In this document: one piece after another, positions 49,795-61,005 of the stretch
How the letters are laid out: each line of letters begins with the position of its first letter
How positions within the stretch are numbered: the stretch's first letter is position 1
Assembly (NCBI GenBank): GCA_013265495.1
Contig: MU058059.1
Coordinates: forward strand, 558,001-622,000
Direction: 5' to 3'
Length of the DNA: 64,000 bases
Source: Vicugna vicugna
Lineage: Eukaryota
Notes under the pieces: model-generated
Databases searched by the model: none
What the model was told of the DNA's origin: nothing
Seen by the model: the letters and a program-made list of their open reading frames with translations, nothing else
Translations under genes and position numbers: made by a program

Positions 49795-52700
49795 GTCGTT
49801 GGTGGTGCCACTGGGGGGCGCAGCTCACTACCGCTCCTGGCCACACTCCTCCGGACCCCACCACATGAATCCCAAGGCTGACGTCTACCGGGGGCTGCGC
49901 CCAGCCAGCCAGAGGACTTCTCCAACGTGCAACTTTGCCACGTGGACTCCAGGCAGGCAGAATCTTTCCCAGCACTGCTCTGCGGTTTGATTCTCTTTCT
50001 ACCCCAACCTCTACCACCCTCTGCCTCCATCTCCTTTCACATGTGTCAAGCCAGGCCTCTCCTTCCCCCTCCTGATTCTTCCCGTGATCCATCCCAGCCA
50101 GTCCTCCCACGACTGCCCTGCATCTCTGATCCCAACCTGGTATCTGCTTGTCAGAAGATTCAAACTAACACGGTGGTGCCAGAGTTGGTCCAAGGAAACG
50201 GACTGACGAGTGGCCCGGGCCAGGCTGCCTCGCCCGCTACTGAGCGGAGGATGAGGAGGATGCCACCCCAAGTGGTGTGGGCCACACACAGACTCTGGCA
50301 TAAACAGTGGCCCAACTGCCACAGAGGTCTTGGTGGGTGGCCTGGAAAAACATCCTGGCAGAGGGACTGCCCCTCCAGGGGCAGCAATCCAGGCATTCAA
50401 AAGATATGAGGGAGTAATTGCCACAAGCACGGCAGAGCTGGCTGGTTATTGTGAAATTGCACTGAGACTCCCCAGAAGTGTAATGAGAAACTGAAGGCCA
50501 TGAACAAACAATTGAAGGTAAGAGTGAGAGCCAGAGGCCTTCGTGGTCACTTTCCAAGGGGCCCTTACTGCCTGTAGTCAGAGGTCTGACTCAGCTGAAG
50601 AGCAGACTCACTCGATAGACTCAGAGCTCCAGAGAAGTAGAGCTGAGACAGGCCGGAATCTGGCACCCAGGACCCCTTGCTGCAGTGCTTGAACCTGGAC
50701 AGGGGTCTCCTTGAGCAATAGAACACAAAGAAACTATAAGGGGCTGAAAATAACTGGGTGCATGCACAGTTGGGTCAAGTTATGAACAACAAGATACAAA
50801 AAGACCAAAAACCCAACTGCCACGACTGAGGTGTCAGAAGCAAAACCATGATCCCTGCATACAGCACCACCAAGGGGGTGGGCGGACCACCTAAGCCACC
50901 TCTCCAGCCTGGGCCCTGGACCCGCCCCTACCCTCACCCCATTCAAGGGACCAGCTTGCCCCCACTCAGAAAACAAACAAGGGAACCTATTACTTGTTTT
51001 TCCTCCCTCATGCTACAGCATGAGTTCCAATAAAGCCTGAATCTCTCCTCTGGCCTCTTATCAATTTCTATTAAGGAGTCCATGAACTCTGGCCGGCAAC
51101 AGAACACTGGGCAAGACAGTCTGGTTTACTGAATTTGGAGCCCTGAGCAAGAAAACCTGGGACCACAAAACATAAGACAGGACAGCTGGATGGATGTTCC
51201 AGTGGAGTTTGGCTCTGTAGACCCCAACCCTCAGAGTGCAGAGATGTGCCCCGGCCCTCATTAGGAGTCAGCACCTCCTCCACACTGCTCGGTGCCGCAC
51301 AGCCGTCTCCCCAGCAAGGCACATACCTCCCTCAAGAGGTCCTCCCACCTCTTCTCCTGGGCACCAAGCTGAGAACTAGAGTTAAATCCTAGCATAGCCC
51401 CACTGAGAATATGCTGGGCCTGATAAAGCAGGAAAGAGATTAAATACTGAAATAACTGCAAAAATTAATGGCATGGAGCAGCAATATCCAAGGCAGTACC
51501 CTTGAGAATGGGTGTTGAGGGTGCTTGACGAAGGCAGCTTGGGGAGAAGGCACTAGCGTCACCAAGAATGGCAGTAGTGGTTCTCTTCTGAGTCAAAGGC
51601 TGAAAGCAAGAGATGCTGTCCCGGGGCTAGGTTTATTAATACCCATGGGACTGATGGGGTTTGAGGCTATAAGGGCCACATGGTGATGCCTACCCCCAGA
51701 AGCCAGGTGGCTGACACTCCTGGAACAACTGAAAAAGTCAGAGGGGCAGTCAGTGGTGTCCCTAGAGGCAAAATGCAGGGGCAGTCAATAATGATGCTGC
51801 TTAATACCTGTAGCCAGAGAAGGTAGAACCAAGGCGCAAGGGGCTGAGGGCAGTTGCCCAATACAATAGCATAATCCCTTGTTCAGATCTGGAACCCACT
51901 CACTAGAAGAAAAAAATTGCAAAACTGTGGCAAGTATAAACTCTAATAATTCCTTGGGGTTTTTTTTTTCTTTTGTTTTTTAATAATCTTTTCTAAAGGG
52001 ACTTATGGCTGTTACTCTGCTGACAATACTTGGGGAAAAAGAAATACTCAGACATGATGAAGACTGTTGGACACAGGGCCTCAACTGATGCTGACAGTCA
52101 GAAATCCAAAGCACCATAAGAAAGCTTTCAAAACAAAAGGGGTGCTAAACTACCAAGTGGGAACAAAATGACTCAACCACTGACCTGAGCTGAACCTGGT
52201 CACCATCATGATGGGTATGTCAGCAGAGTGTCTACAGTGGCTGAGCCAGAGGCTGCATAGAGGGCTCAAATCATGGGCCTCTACACACCAAGCCTGCAAG
52301 CTGCGGAGACCAGTGCTCAGCTCCTGAAATGGCGCCTGTCCCCGAGAGGACCAACCAACTTGTGGTAGCAAGCTGCCCACCTGAGACTCCTTCCCTCCTA
52401 GAAGGGCCAGCGGCTCATTCTCACAGGAATTGATATTTTCTAAGTACTGATTTGTATTTCCCATTTACAGAGCCTCAGCCAACATCACCCTGTGGGACTT
52501 TTGGAATACTTGATCCACAGGTATGGAATCCACAGACACTGCATGCAACTGGGGGACCCACTTTACAGTGAGGGAGGTAAGGGAGTGGGCCCGTGACCAT
52601 GGGGTCTACTGCACAGCACAGTGTATCACTCAGAAGCAGATGGCTTCACAGAATGCTAGAAGAGCTTTCTGAAGTCACAAATGATACACAAGCTCAGAGG

Positions 52701-53918
52701 CAACACTGAGTGGATAAGGTAATCCTTCAGGATGCAGCACATACACTTAATCAGAGACCTCTGGATGGCACTGAGTCGCCAATGGGAAGGATGTATCAGT
52801 CTGGAAAATAAGCAGTGGCAGATGGAGTGGCCCCAATTACTATCACTCCCAGAGCCCCCACTGGGGAATTCTGCATTTCTCATCCCTGCACCTTTGTGCT
52901 AGAGTTATAGCCATCAAAGTGGAGAGCACTCCTCGCAGAGGACATAGAAAGGTCCCACTGAATCACAAGCCAAAGCTGTCATCAGGGCACTTTGGACTCT
53001 TGTCCCTGGATCAACAGGCAAGAATTAGTCACCATCTTGGCAGAGGTCATTGATCCTGAGCAGCAGGTGGGGTTGGGGCTGCCTTTATGCAATGAGGGCA
53101 GAAAGGAATAGCCGGAGAAACCAGGTGACCTACTTGGGCCACTCCTATGACTCCCTTGTTCCACTGTAACCATTAATGGACACGTGTGGCAGCCTCAGAC
53201 CAAGAAGTATCAAAGGCTCAGACCTCCGAAGAATGACAATTTGGATTCTACCACCAAGAAGCCACCAAGACCTACCAGAGTCCTAGCTGAGGGTAAAGGC
53301 AACTCAGAGTAAACAGCAGATGAGGCCAGGGATGAGTACTAGTTGAGACCCTGAAACCAACTGCATCAACAGGGGCTGAAATTCAATACACTAATGCCCT
53401 CCCTGCCAAGTCACCTCTCAAGAAGCATGGTCCACAGAAAACAAGGAGGAGCTGCTCCCTGAACCTGCATGAAGACACAGATCTGCACAGCTCAAGGGGT
53501 AACTGTGACGGCCACGAAAACGCACCACCCAGATCTCTTACTGCGGGAACAGTGCTAACTGACAGCCAGCTGCTGCTCCTCTAGATACACCACCACTTTC
53601 ACACTGAGGCCGCTCTCACCTGGCTGCTCCCAGCCAGTGAGTGAGTGTGGTGGGGGCACTAGTGGAGACCCGTTCCTCTGGGATGGGGGACGCCTCTAAT
53701 GGATGACTGCCTTCAGGACTCCCCAGTAGCCTGGCTGAAGTTTTCCGGGTATTTCACTGCAGCCTGAGATTTCTTCTAGCCCCGTTCTCCTTCCTTTCAG
53801 TTCAGAAGGTTCTCCCTTCACACTCCTGCTGTCTCCCCCACATCCTTCACAGGTATTCCTCCAGTAACCCTCTTGAATGTCTAATTCAACGTTGGCATCT
53901 GCTTTTCTGAGGACTACA
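49795..53918 (+). mobile_element. ERV-L class (LTR16 / ERV3-16A3-like) provirus with RT deleted
   Basis: 5' LTR-like ~49795-50170 followed by PBS-like tggtgccag. Degenerate protease (RLLDTG, DTG at 52070-52078), integrase (KGQRLILTGID ~52400; GTHFTVREVREWARDHG ~52550) and dUTPase (VPLNHKPKLSSGHFGLL...VTILAEVIDP ~52950-53060). PPT aagggg at 53494-53499; 3' LTR 53504-53918. Confidence 0.8.
50644..51101 (+). mobile_element. Younger ERV1-class solo LTR nested in the ERV-L internal region
   Basis: tgagacagg...ggcaaca ends, GC boxes (gggcgg, ccgccc), aataaa at ~51029, near-TSD gagc/gaac. Confidence 0.75.
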
Positions 53919-54443
53919 GTCATGAGGCCATGCTTAGCTCAAGAGGGTAACAATATACTACAGTTAGTCTTCCAGTTCACATAATTTTTTTTTTTTGTTC
54001 TGGGCAGGAAAGTCATCCCAATCTTTCAGGAGGTATCGCGTGCTTTGGTTTTTGTACATTTCATGCAGCATTCACACTAGCACGTGGAGTTTTGTACTAG
54101 TAAAAATAAGCAGTCCATTTATTCTCCAGTGAAATGTATAAGCTCCTAAATATACATAAAGAAAGAAAGACTATAGAAAAAACAAGACTAGGAAACAGCA
54201 GATACCTGGATAGGCAGAAGACAATAAGAGGAGAAAAATGAGGAGGAAATATTCTCCCTCCTCACCGACTTCCCTCTCTTATTTTCTACAGTCTGCTACT
54301 GGAATTTCCCTACTACGTGTGCGATTGCATCAAAGAAAACCAATGTAAGAATACTATGCAGCATCACTATGCTTTAGCTCCTTTCTCCTCAGCTTCAGAA
54401 TAACCCATCCATTAAGTCTCTCATTCATTCAAATAATCATCAT

Positions 54444-54561
54444 GGAGGGGGTGATCAGATTTACTTATTTGTTTATTTTTGAATGGAGGTACTGGGGATT
54501 GAACCCAGGACCTCCTGCAGCTAGACATGCACTCTACCACTGAGCTGTACCCTCCCCACCA
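54444..54561 (-). mobile_element. Camelid tRNA-Ala-derived SINE with TSD
   Basis: tggaggtactggggattgaacccaggacctcc...ctctaccactgagctgtaccctcccc; TSD caaataatcatcat at 54430-54443 and 54562-54575. Confidence 0.92.
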
Positions 54562-54954
54562 CAAATAATCATCATTTAATGGAGGTCTTCTTGTGTGCTA
54601 TTCTGAGGGCTGGTTTTGCTCCAAATTCTTATTTGATACAAGGTCCTTTGCAAGGTACTGGTCTTACACTAATCTCTTCTCCTTACCCAGATTCTCAACT
54701 GGTTCAACGCTGGCTATCTGTTCAACACTCTAGGGTATCTAATTTCCAAAGTAGGGCAAACCCAATAGATATTTTTTACATCTCAGCAAGTCAACTGTAG
54801 GAAAAAGAAAGTGATTCATCTAGCCTTTGAAAAGCCCCCAGATCTCAGAGACTCCTAGGTTAGTCCCAATGAGGAGGGCAGGAAGCAAAGGGGCAAAAGA
54901 GGAAGGTGGAGAGAACCTTGTAGTATGAGAACTCATGTTAGCTAAACATGTAAA

Positions 54955-55250
54955 ACCAAATTTGCTTTTCCCCAATAACCAATTCAATTGAACATCTTTC
55001 CACGCACTCATTGGACATTTGCATGCCCTCTTTCGTGACATGCTAGTACAAGTCTTTTGTCATTTTTCTATTGGGGTGTCTATTATTTTCTTACTGATTT
55101 GTAAGGGTTCTTTATATATGTTTCAATACGTGTCCTTTGGTGTATACACAGAAATACTTCTCAGAGTAAATGTCTTCTCCCACTCTGAGACTTCCCTTTT
55201 TGCTTTCTTATTGGTTTCTTTTGGATTAGAGATGTTCTTAATTTAAAAAA
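54955..55250 (-). mobile_element. Old L1 ORF2 fragment
   Basis: ttgaacatctttccacgcactcattggacatttg...tcttttgtcatttttctattggg. Confidence 0.7.
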
Positions 55251-57179
55251 AATTATGAAATCTGAAACATAAATTCCTATTGTAGTAAAACTTCAATGCC
55301 ACTTGTGGATAAAAGACCAGCCCTCAGGACCCCAAAATGGACCTCCCTCACCCAGGGACTGAGAAACGATGTTCTACAACTAGGGTACTTTAAGTATCAG
55401 TGAAATTCAAACACTCTAAAGGCATTCACTCATTAGTGTGAAACAATTTCTGACTTCTCCTAAGAATAGGACTTCATAGGAAAAGCAAACCCAGAAGTTG
55501 TTTCCTCGGGAACAGACTGGGCCGTAAGTGGATGAAAACATAAAGTGAAGTTGAAGATAGTGAGATGAAACCTGTCCAATCTCACAACTGTGTTCAAATA
55601 GGGGCTGTGCCTTACTCAGGCTAAACGCCTGGAAAGCTGGCTTAGATCTCTGACTCTGCCACTTACTGCCTGACAAACTGCTTAGCATCTTTGTACTGCA
55701 ACCTCCTCATCTGTTGGATGGAGGTACTCTCTGCCTGTTCTTTCTCTTATTTCCAGTCTTTGTTTTCACTCTGTCTTGTATTTCTCTATTCATTTGTTTT
55801 CATGTTTCTGCTATGTTAGTGTTCTTCATTTGTACCCTCAGTGGACACCTTTGTCTAAGGAGGAGAGAACAGACACGCCCATATATCCATATGCAAGCAT
55901 GCAACTCCAGATATACTGATTTCAATGAGATTGACAAAAGCAGATTTTTTTCTTTTTAGTGAATACAAAAAATCATTTTATTATTTAAAGCTGTCCATTG
56001 CATGCAAAGCAGTCTGTCAACTCTGGGTCAGTAGAAACTGACTTTAGCTTTCAGAAGAATGAGTAGCCAATTTATACGGAACCAATTAATACAGAGTTTG
56101 TCTTTCCAGCAGATTCTAATCACTATACTTTCTTTTCTTTGACAAGCTAAAAGATGACTAATTGATAACATACAAATTATTCTCCTTCTATTCACCAAAA
56201 CCTCATGCCTCAATTTCCTTTTTACACAAGGAAGCCTTGCTCTAAATTATCTCTATGGGATCTTCCAGCTCTAAAATCTTATGATTCTAGTTTGCAGATT
56301 CTTCAGAACTAACCTTCTGTTATTAAAGACTGAACATCAGAGAAACATAATATAAGGACTTCCCTTAGATGCACCCATCTGAAGAGGAGACTTGGCCCAA
56401 AAGACCTCCCAAATTCCTTTCATTTCATCTCACAAAACCCAGTCTCTCAGAAATTCAAGGACTACCTGGTCAAAAGCTTTTAAGTAAGCTCTTTAAATTT
56501 TTAATCCCAAGTCTCCTTTCAACTCAATTATTTATCTCATTGCAAATGTCTAACATCCCTATCAGTTTCCTAAAGATAAATATGCATGAGGTTTGGACCC
56601 CAAAATTAAATGCTGGGATCTTGAGGCTGATTTTTAAATGAAGCTAGACAGCAATTCAGCCTTTGAATAAAAATTTACAGGAATGTGTAATTGAATCATT
56701 AAGCAGTCCTCACAGAGGAGAAAACCCTTTCTACAAATATTCCTTTTTCCTGTAAATGCCATGTAATTTTCTGACTATAAATCTCGATGGAGCTGGAAAT
56801 CTATGTTCTGATTCATTGTTTCATCCTGAGTTAATTACACAAAATTACAAATTTACAGAATAATTCTTTAGAGAATACATTAACAGCTCTGGAACAGAAA
56901 TAAATGTCCTTCGTCTTACAGAAGAGAAACATAAGTCTACATCCATATGTTCAGAACAACAGACATTTAATCCTCAAGGTGTTCAGTCATTTCCACTAGA
57001 GATTTAAGATAGATGGTTGCAATAACAATATGTCAGATTTAAATGTTAGCTACTAACTTCTCATTAGTTCCTTCTCACTTAGCTATGGATTTACAAAAAC
57101 TTAGTAGATGTGTCAGCTCTGTGGATAAGGGATGAAGCACTCTGGACAAAGTACCAGCAATGACTGACCTTTACTGATC

Positions 57180-57380
57180 ACTCATTATACACCAGAGATG
57201 TCCTTAGAGCTTTCCTTGCGGTAACACATTTAACCTTCAAACAGTCCTTTACAGGTGAGGAAACCAAAGGAAAGAGAATAATTTGTGCAGGGTCACACAG
57301 ATGGTAACAAGCAAAGTGACCACTGGAACCCAGGCTGTCTGACTTCAGAGTCCAGGTCCTTAACCTTGACATTGTTGTCC
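57180..57380 (-). mobile_element. MIR SINE
   Basis: ttacaggtgaggaaaccaaagg...cagggtcacacag...ggaacccaggctgtctgacttcagagtcc. Confidence 0.8.
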
Positions 57381-57409
57381 TACCCAACTCCAAATCAGAC
57401 AGACATGTG

Positions 57410-57445
57410 ATTAGATTAGATTAGATTAGATTAGATTAGATTAGG
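57410..57445. repeat. (ATTAG)n pentanucleotide microsatellite
   Basis: About 7 tandem attag units. Confidence 0.9.
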
Positions 57446-57739
57446 TATGGTTAGGTTATATTGTAATCTAGCATGTTCTACCCACATATTAACAATATAT
57501 GATTACACTGTATTATGCTCTGTGATATGCCATTTTATAAGATGTTGGTACCAGGATTCAGAAATAGTCATTATAATTCAGGTTCATGTTGTCTTCCTCA
57601 ACTTTAGTTTACTTAGTGGGCTCATACCTCAAAATAAATAAATTAAATAAGAAAATAAGCACAACAGCAGCAAACCCATTCGCTGGCTCTACTTCACAGT
57701 AAGTACCAGGCCCCTGAGGCCCACTGTCAGTGTCCTTCT

Positions 57740-57900
57740 CCCTCGGGGCTGAAGACTCAAATGCCTGGAGGCGCTGAACCAACTCTGCACAGCCTGCACG
57801 GCCTGGAGGGACTGCAGCGGCTCGCCTGCGCAGCACACGCCCGTCTGCAGGGGGCACCGCTCAGCAACCTCCCTGGCCTGTGGTGGCCCTGACGGAGTGA
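57740..57900. promoter_or_regulatory. CpG-enriched element with CTCF-like motif
   Basis: About 10 CpGs in 150 bp; tctgcagggggcac (57844-57857) resembles the CTCF core; tgcgca at ~57827. Confidence 0.45.
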
Positions 57901-59254
57901 TAGCCCAGTATTAGCAGACCCTCTAATTTGTCCAAGGAAGTGAGAAATAACGAATTTCAAAAGTTGACAATAAATTTAAATACCAAATACAAAACACTGG
58001 AAAGGCTGAAGCATCCATGGAGGCAGGTAGGTGATACTCGGCATCTGGGTGACATCCAGTCTTCAGTTTGTTACCTCAGTTCTCTTGTCTCTACTCTCTT
58101 GCGATGACATCATTTACCTCCTTGGCCTCAAAGCTCATCTAATGTATATGACACCCATACTTATATTTGAACTTCCTCCTGAGCTCCAGGTGCCAATCTC
58201 TGATTGCCTCTTAGGCAGGTCCTTGCCCAGAGGCACCTCATACACAATGGATGAGTTGACAAGAATCTCCTCCACCTGGAGTGATCTCTATCTTGATTAA
58301 TGCAACTGCTTCCATAGAATCACCCAATGATCTTCAACTCCTCATTTTTTAAACCCCAAAGGTGCTACTGATAAGCAAGTCCAATGGAATCTACCTCAAG
58401 ATACTTCTGAAATCTCTCCATGCAATCTGTTTAAATAAGCTGAGAGTTTTCCAGTTTTTTAAGCTGCAAAATATTTTCTTTTAATAAAATTTGACTCAGG
58501 CACTCATATTACCAGGTTGACTTTGGAGACCGAGATTCCCACCCACTCACCCTTACTCACCCAGGAGGCATCTCTAAGGGACTCACACTATTCCCCAAAA
58601 CACAGCTTAAAAACCAGGCATAAAATAAGCCTCCCAACCAGCTACCCCAGCCTCCCTCTTTCCATCTACCATACTGCTACAAAAATTATGTTTCTAAAAC
58701 AGAGCTGTGATCAGATATCTACTCTAAAAAGCTTTGGTGGCTGCACATTAACTAAAATATGAAGTGCAATCTCCTTAACGTGAACCTGTAACTTGCCAAC
58801 CTGAGCACATGTCCAGTCACCCAGTGTACCTCAGTTCACTGTAGCTGCACTGACTGTTTTGCTCTCTGCTTCCATGCCTCTTGCTCGGTTCATTCCAGTA
58901 CTTTGGCCAATACAAGTTTGACCTGGGTCTGCGATGGCACTGGAGATAAAAGGCTAGGGTACAGCTTGCTTTCTTAATTCCACTACTGCCTCCTCAAATG
59001 TAACTAACTGTTCCTTAGCAGGGCAGGATCACTCAGATGGGAGGAAGAATACAGGTGTTTCTGCAACAGCAGTGAACTATACAAGCCTCGTCTTCCATCG
59101 CTGGATCACCCACAGAGTGACATTCAGAAGTATGGATAGTGGGCATGTGATACCACCTTTTCCTTATATTGAACCGTCCCTGTTACTGATCATTATTAGG
59201 CGATACTACCTAGCCTTCAGCTAACCAAGGGGCTTACAGTTGTAACACATGGAC

Positions 59255-60110
59255 TATTCATTTTCAAAGACACGACTGATAAAGAGACGTTTATGCAACT
59301 ATTCTGTGCCCTGCATACTGAAGACCACCGAAAAAAAAGCAGACCTAAAATATCAAAAATTTATAAGCAGCATAAAGCAATATGGAGTTAAGCAATTAAA
59401 CTTCAGAGAATTAATGCTAAAGAAGTTCAAGGGAAGCGTGTTCTAAAGTTCTGATGGTAAAACTCACTGTGTTAAGGCGGGGTTTGGAAGGCAGGGAGGA
59501 ATTATCTAAGAGGAGGCAAAGGTGCTTCTGGCCGAAGAAATACTATGAGCAAAGGTGTGAAGGGTTAAAACAAGCCTGGCTGGATACTACACTAGAAAGA
59601 GAGGAATGGACTGGAATGTTGGGTCATTTCAACTCCAGAAAGAGTCTGAAGTGTGTAAGGAAGGCCATGAAGCATCATTAAAGGTTCTGTTGTGAGCGTT
59701 TGTGTTCAGGTGGTTCTGGAGGATGAAGTGAAGGGGATATGTAAGGCAGATCAACCTCATAGGCTAGTAGAGGGTGCAAAATGGATTACAGGAAGGAGAG
59801 ACTGGAGTCAGAGAATCCAGCTAAAAAAGCATAAAGAATGTGCAGTAACCAAGGTGTGAGTTCTGTGAACCTGGACCAGGGTCGTGTCACTGACATGCGC
59901 TGCAGAGGAGATGTCTGTCGCACTTGGAAGGAAGAACAACCAGGGCTTTTGAAAGTCTGAATTTTATCAATAAAAGAATGAGCAGCACTAAGTGACCACT
60001 AGATTTGCATCTGAAGGGATAGTTTTGGAGTGTTATTTTTGACAGAGCACGGGAGCTAAACTGAGTGATGAAAAAATGTTCCCTTTCTTTTTAAAAATGT
60101 TGAATTTGAA
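59255..60110 (-). mobile_element. L2 LINE remnant
   Basis: Degenerate antisense L2 (gagcaaaggtgtgaaggg, gagagactggagtcagagaatccagct, ttgaatttgaag). Confidence 0.6.
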
Positions 60111-60268
60111 GAGCTCTCTTAATCTGGTTTCTTTAGAAAGCAAGATGGGCACAATGATTCACGGGTGGCTGTGTGATCTGCGGGTGAAGAAACAGGGCAG
60201 TGATGTGGGGACAGATGGGAGCTGTGCAGGGATGCTTTCCTGAAAGGGCCACCCTCTTGCAAGGAGCC

Positions 60269-60480
60269 TGAGACAGGAGGGAAGGGGACAGGGCACAACC
60301 ATTAAAAGAATGACCCAGCTATTGAGAAAAACTGGGTAAGACATAAACTGGTTAGAACAAATGAGGCCCAAGATGGTAGAAGATTCGACTTCCAGTAGAC
60401 CTTGAGCCTCATTATACACTCATTAGATTGATTAATATATTAGCACGCTAAATGCTAAATGACACACCCACAGGCACCAT
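60269..60480 (+). mobile_element. 5' part of an ERV1-class LTR, same family as 40129-40788
   Basis: tgagacaggagggaaggggacagggcacaaccattaaaagaatg...caagatggtagaagattcgacttccagtagaccttgagcctcattatacactca. Confidence 0.8.
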
Positions 60481-60509
60481 TTGGGGAAGCAGGGCCCTTC
60501 TCTATAGTC

Positions 60510-61005
60510 AAAGTGGCCTTCAACAAAGCAAAGCTGATTACATAACTCCTCTGCATAAAGCCTAATGATGTCACAGTGCTCCTGGAACGAAGGTCAAAAT
60601 ACACAGGATGGACTCCAGGCCCTGCATGTCTGCCCAGGCTTCCACTCCAGTGCTATCTTAAATTATTCCTTTTTTGACTCTTTGCGCTCCAATTACCCTG
60701 ACTTATTTCCATAAAAGCAAAATGCTCCCTTCATAGACTCCAATCACAGGCATTGCTTATGCTGATCTCTCTCTCAGATGCGAGTGTCTCACCCTCACCT
60801 TGCATGTCACCTAGTTAATTTCATCTCATCCTGTAGCTTTCAGCTGAAGGACAGCCTCATAAAGGAAGTGTCGCCCACCCACCTCCCCTGCCAATCCAAT
60901 TCAAGACTCTTCAAACAAATGTCGTAGATATTTATGTTCACCATTGTACCCCAACACCTAACATAGTACTTGGCACTCAAGAGACGCTCAATAAATAACT
61001 TTCAA
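60510..61005 (+). mobile_element. L2 LINE 3' remnant
   Basis: Ends caacacctaacatagtacttggcactcaagagacgctcaataaata. Confidence 0.7.

Noticed and set aside
49752..50557. Cluster of overlapping 60-160-aa ORFs
   Set aside because: GC-rich LTR/ERV leader sequence has few stop codons; no intact gag motif
57609..57857. 82-aa ORF with GTYCE followed by a hydrophobic stretch (EGF + TM look-alike)
   Set aside because: GTG start and the other EGF cysteines are missing; the hydrophobic part comes from a T-rich tract
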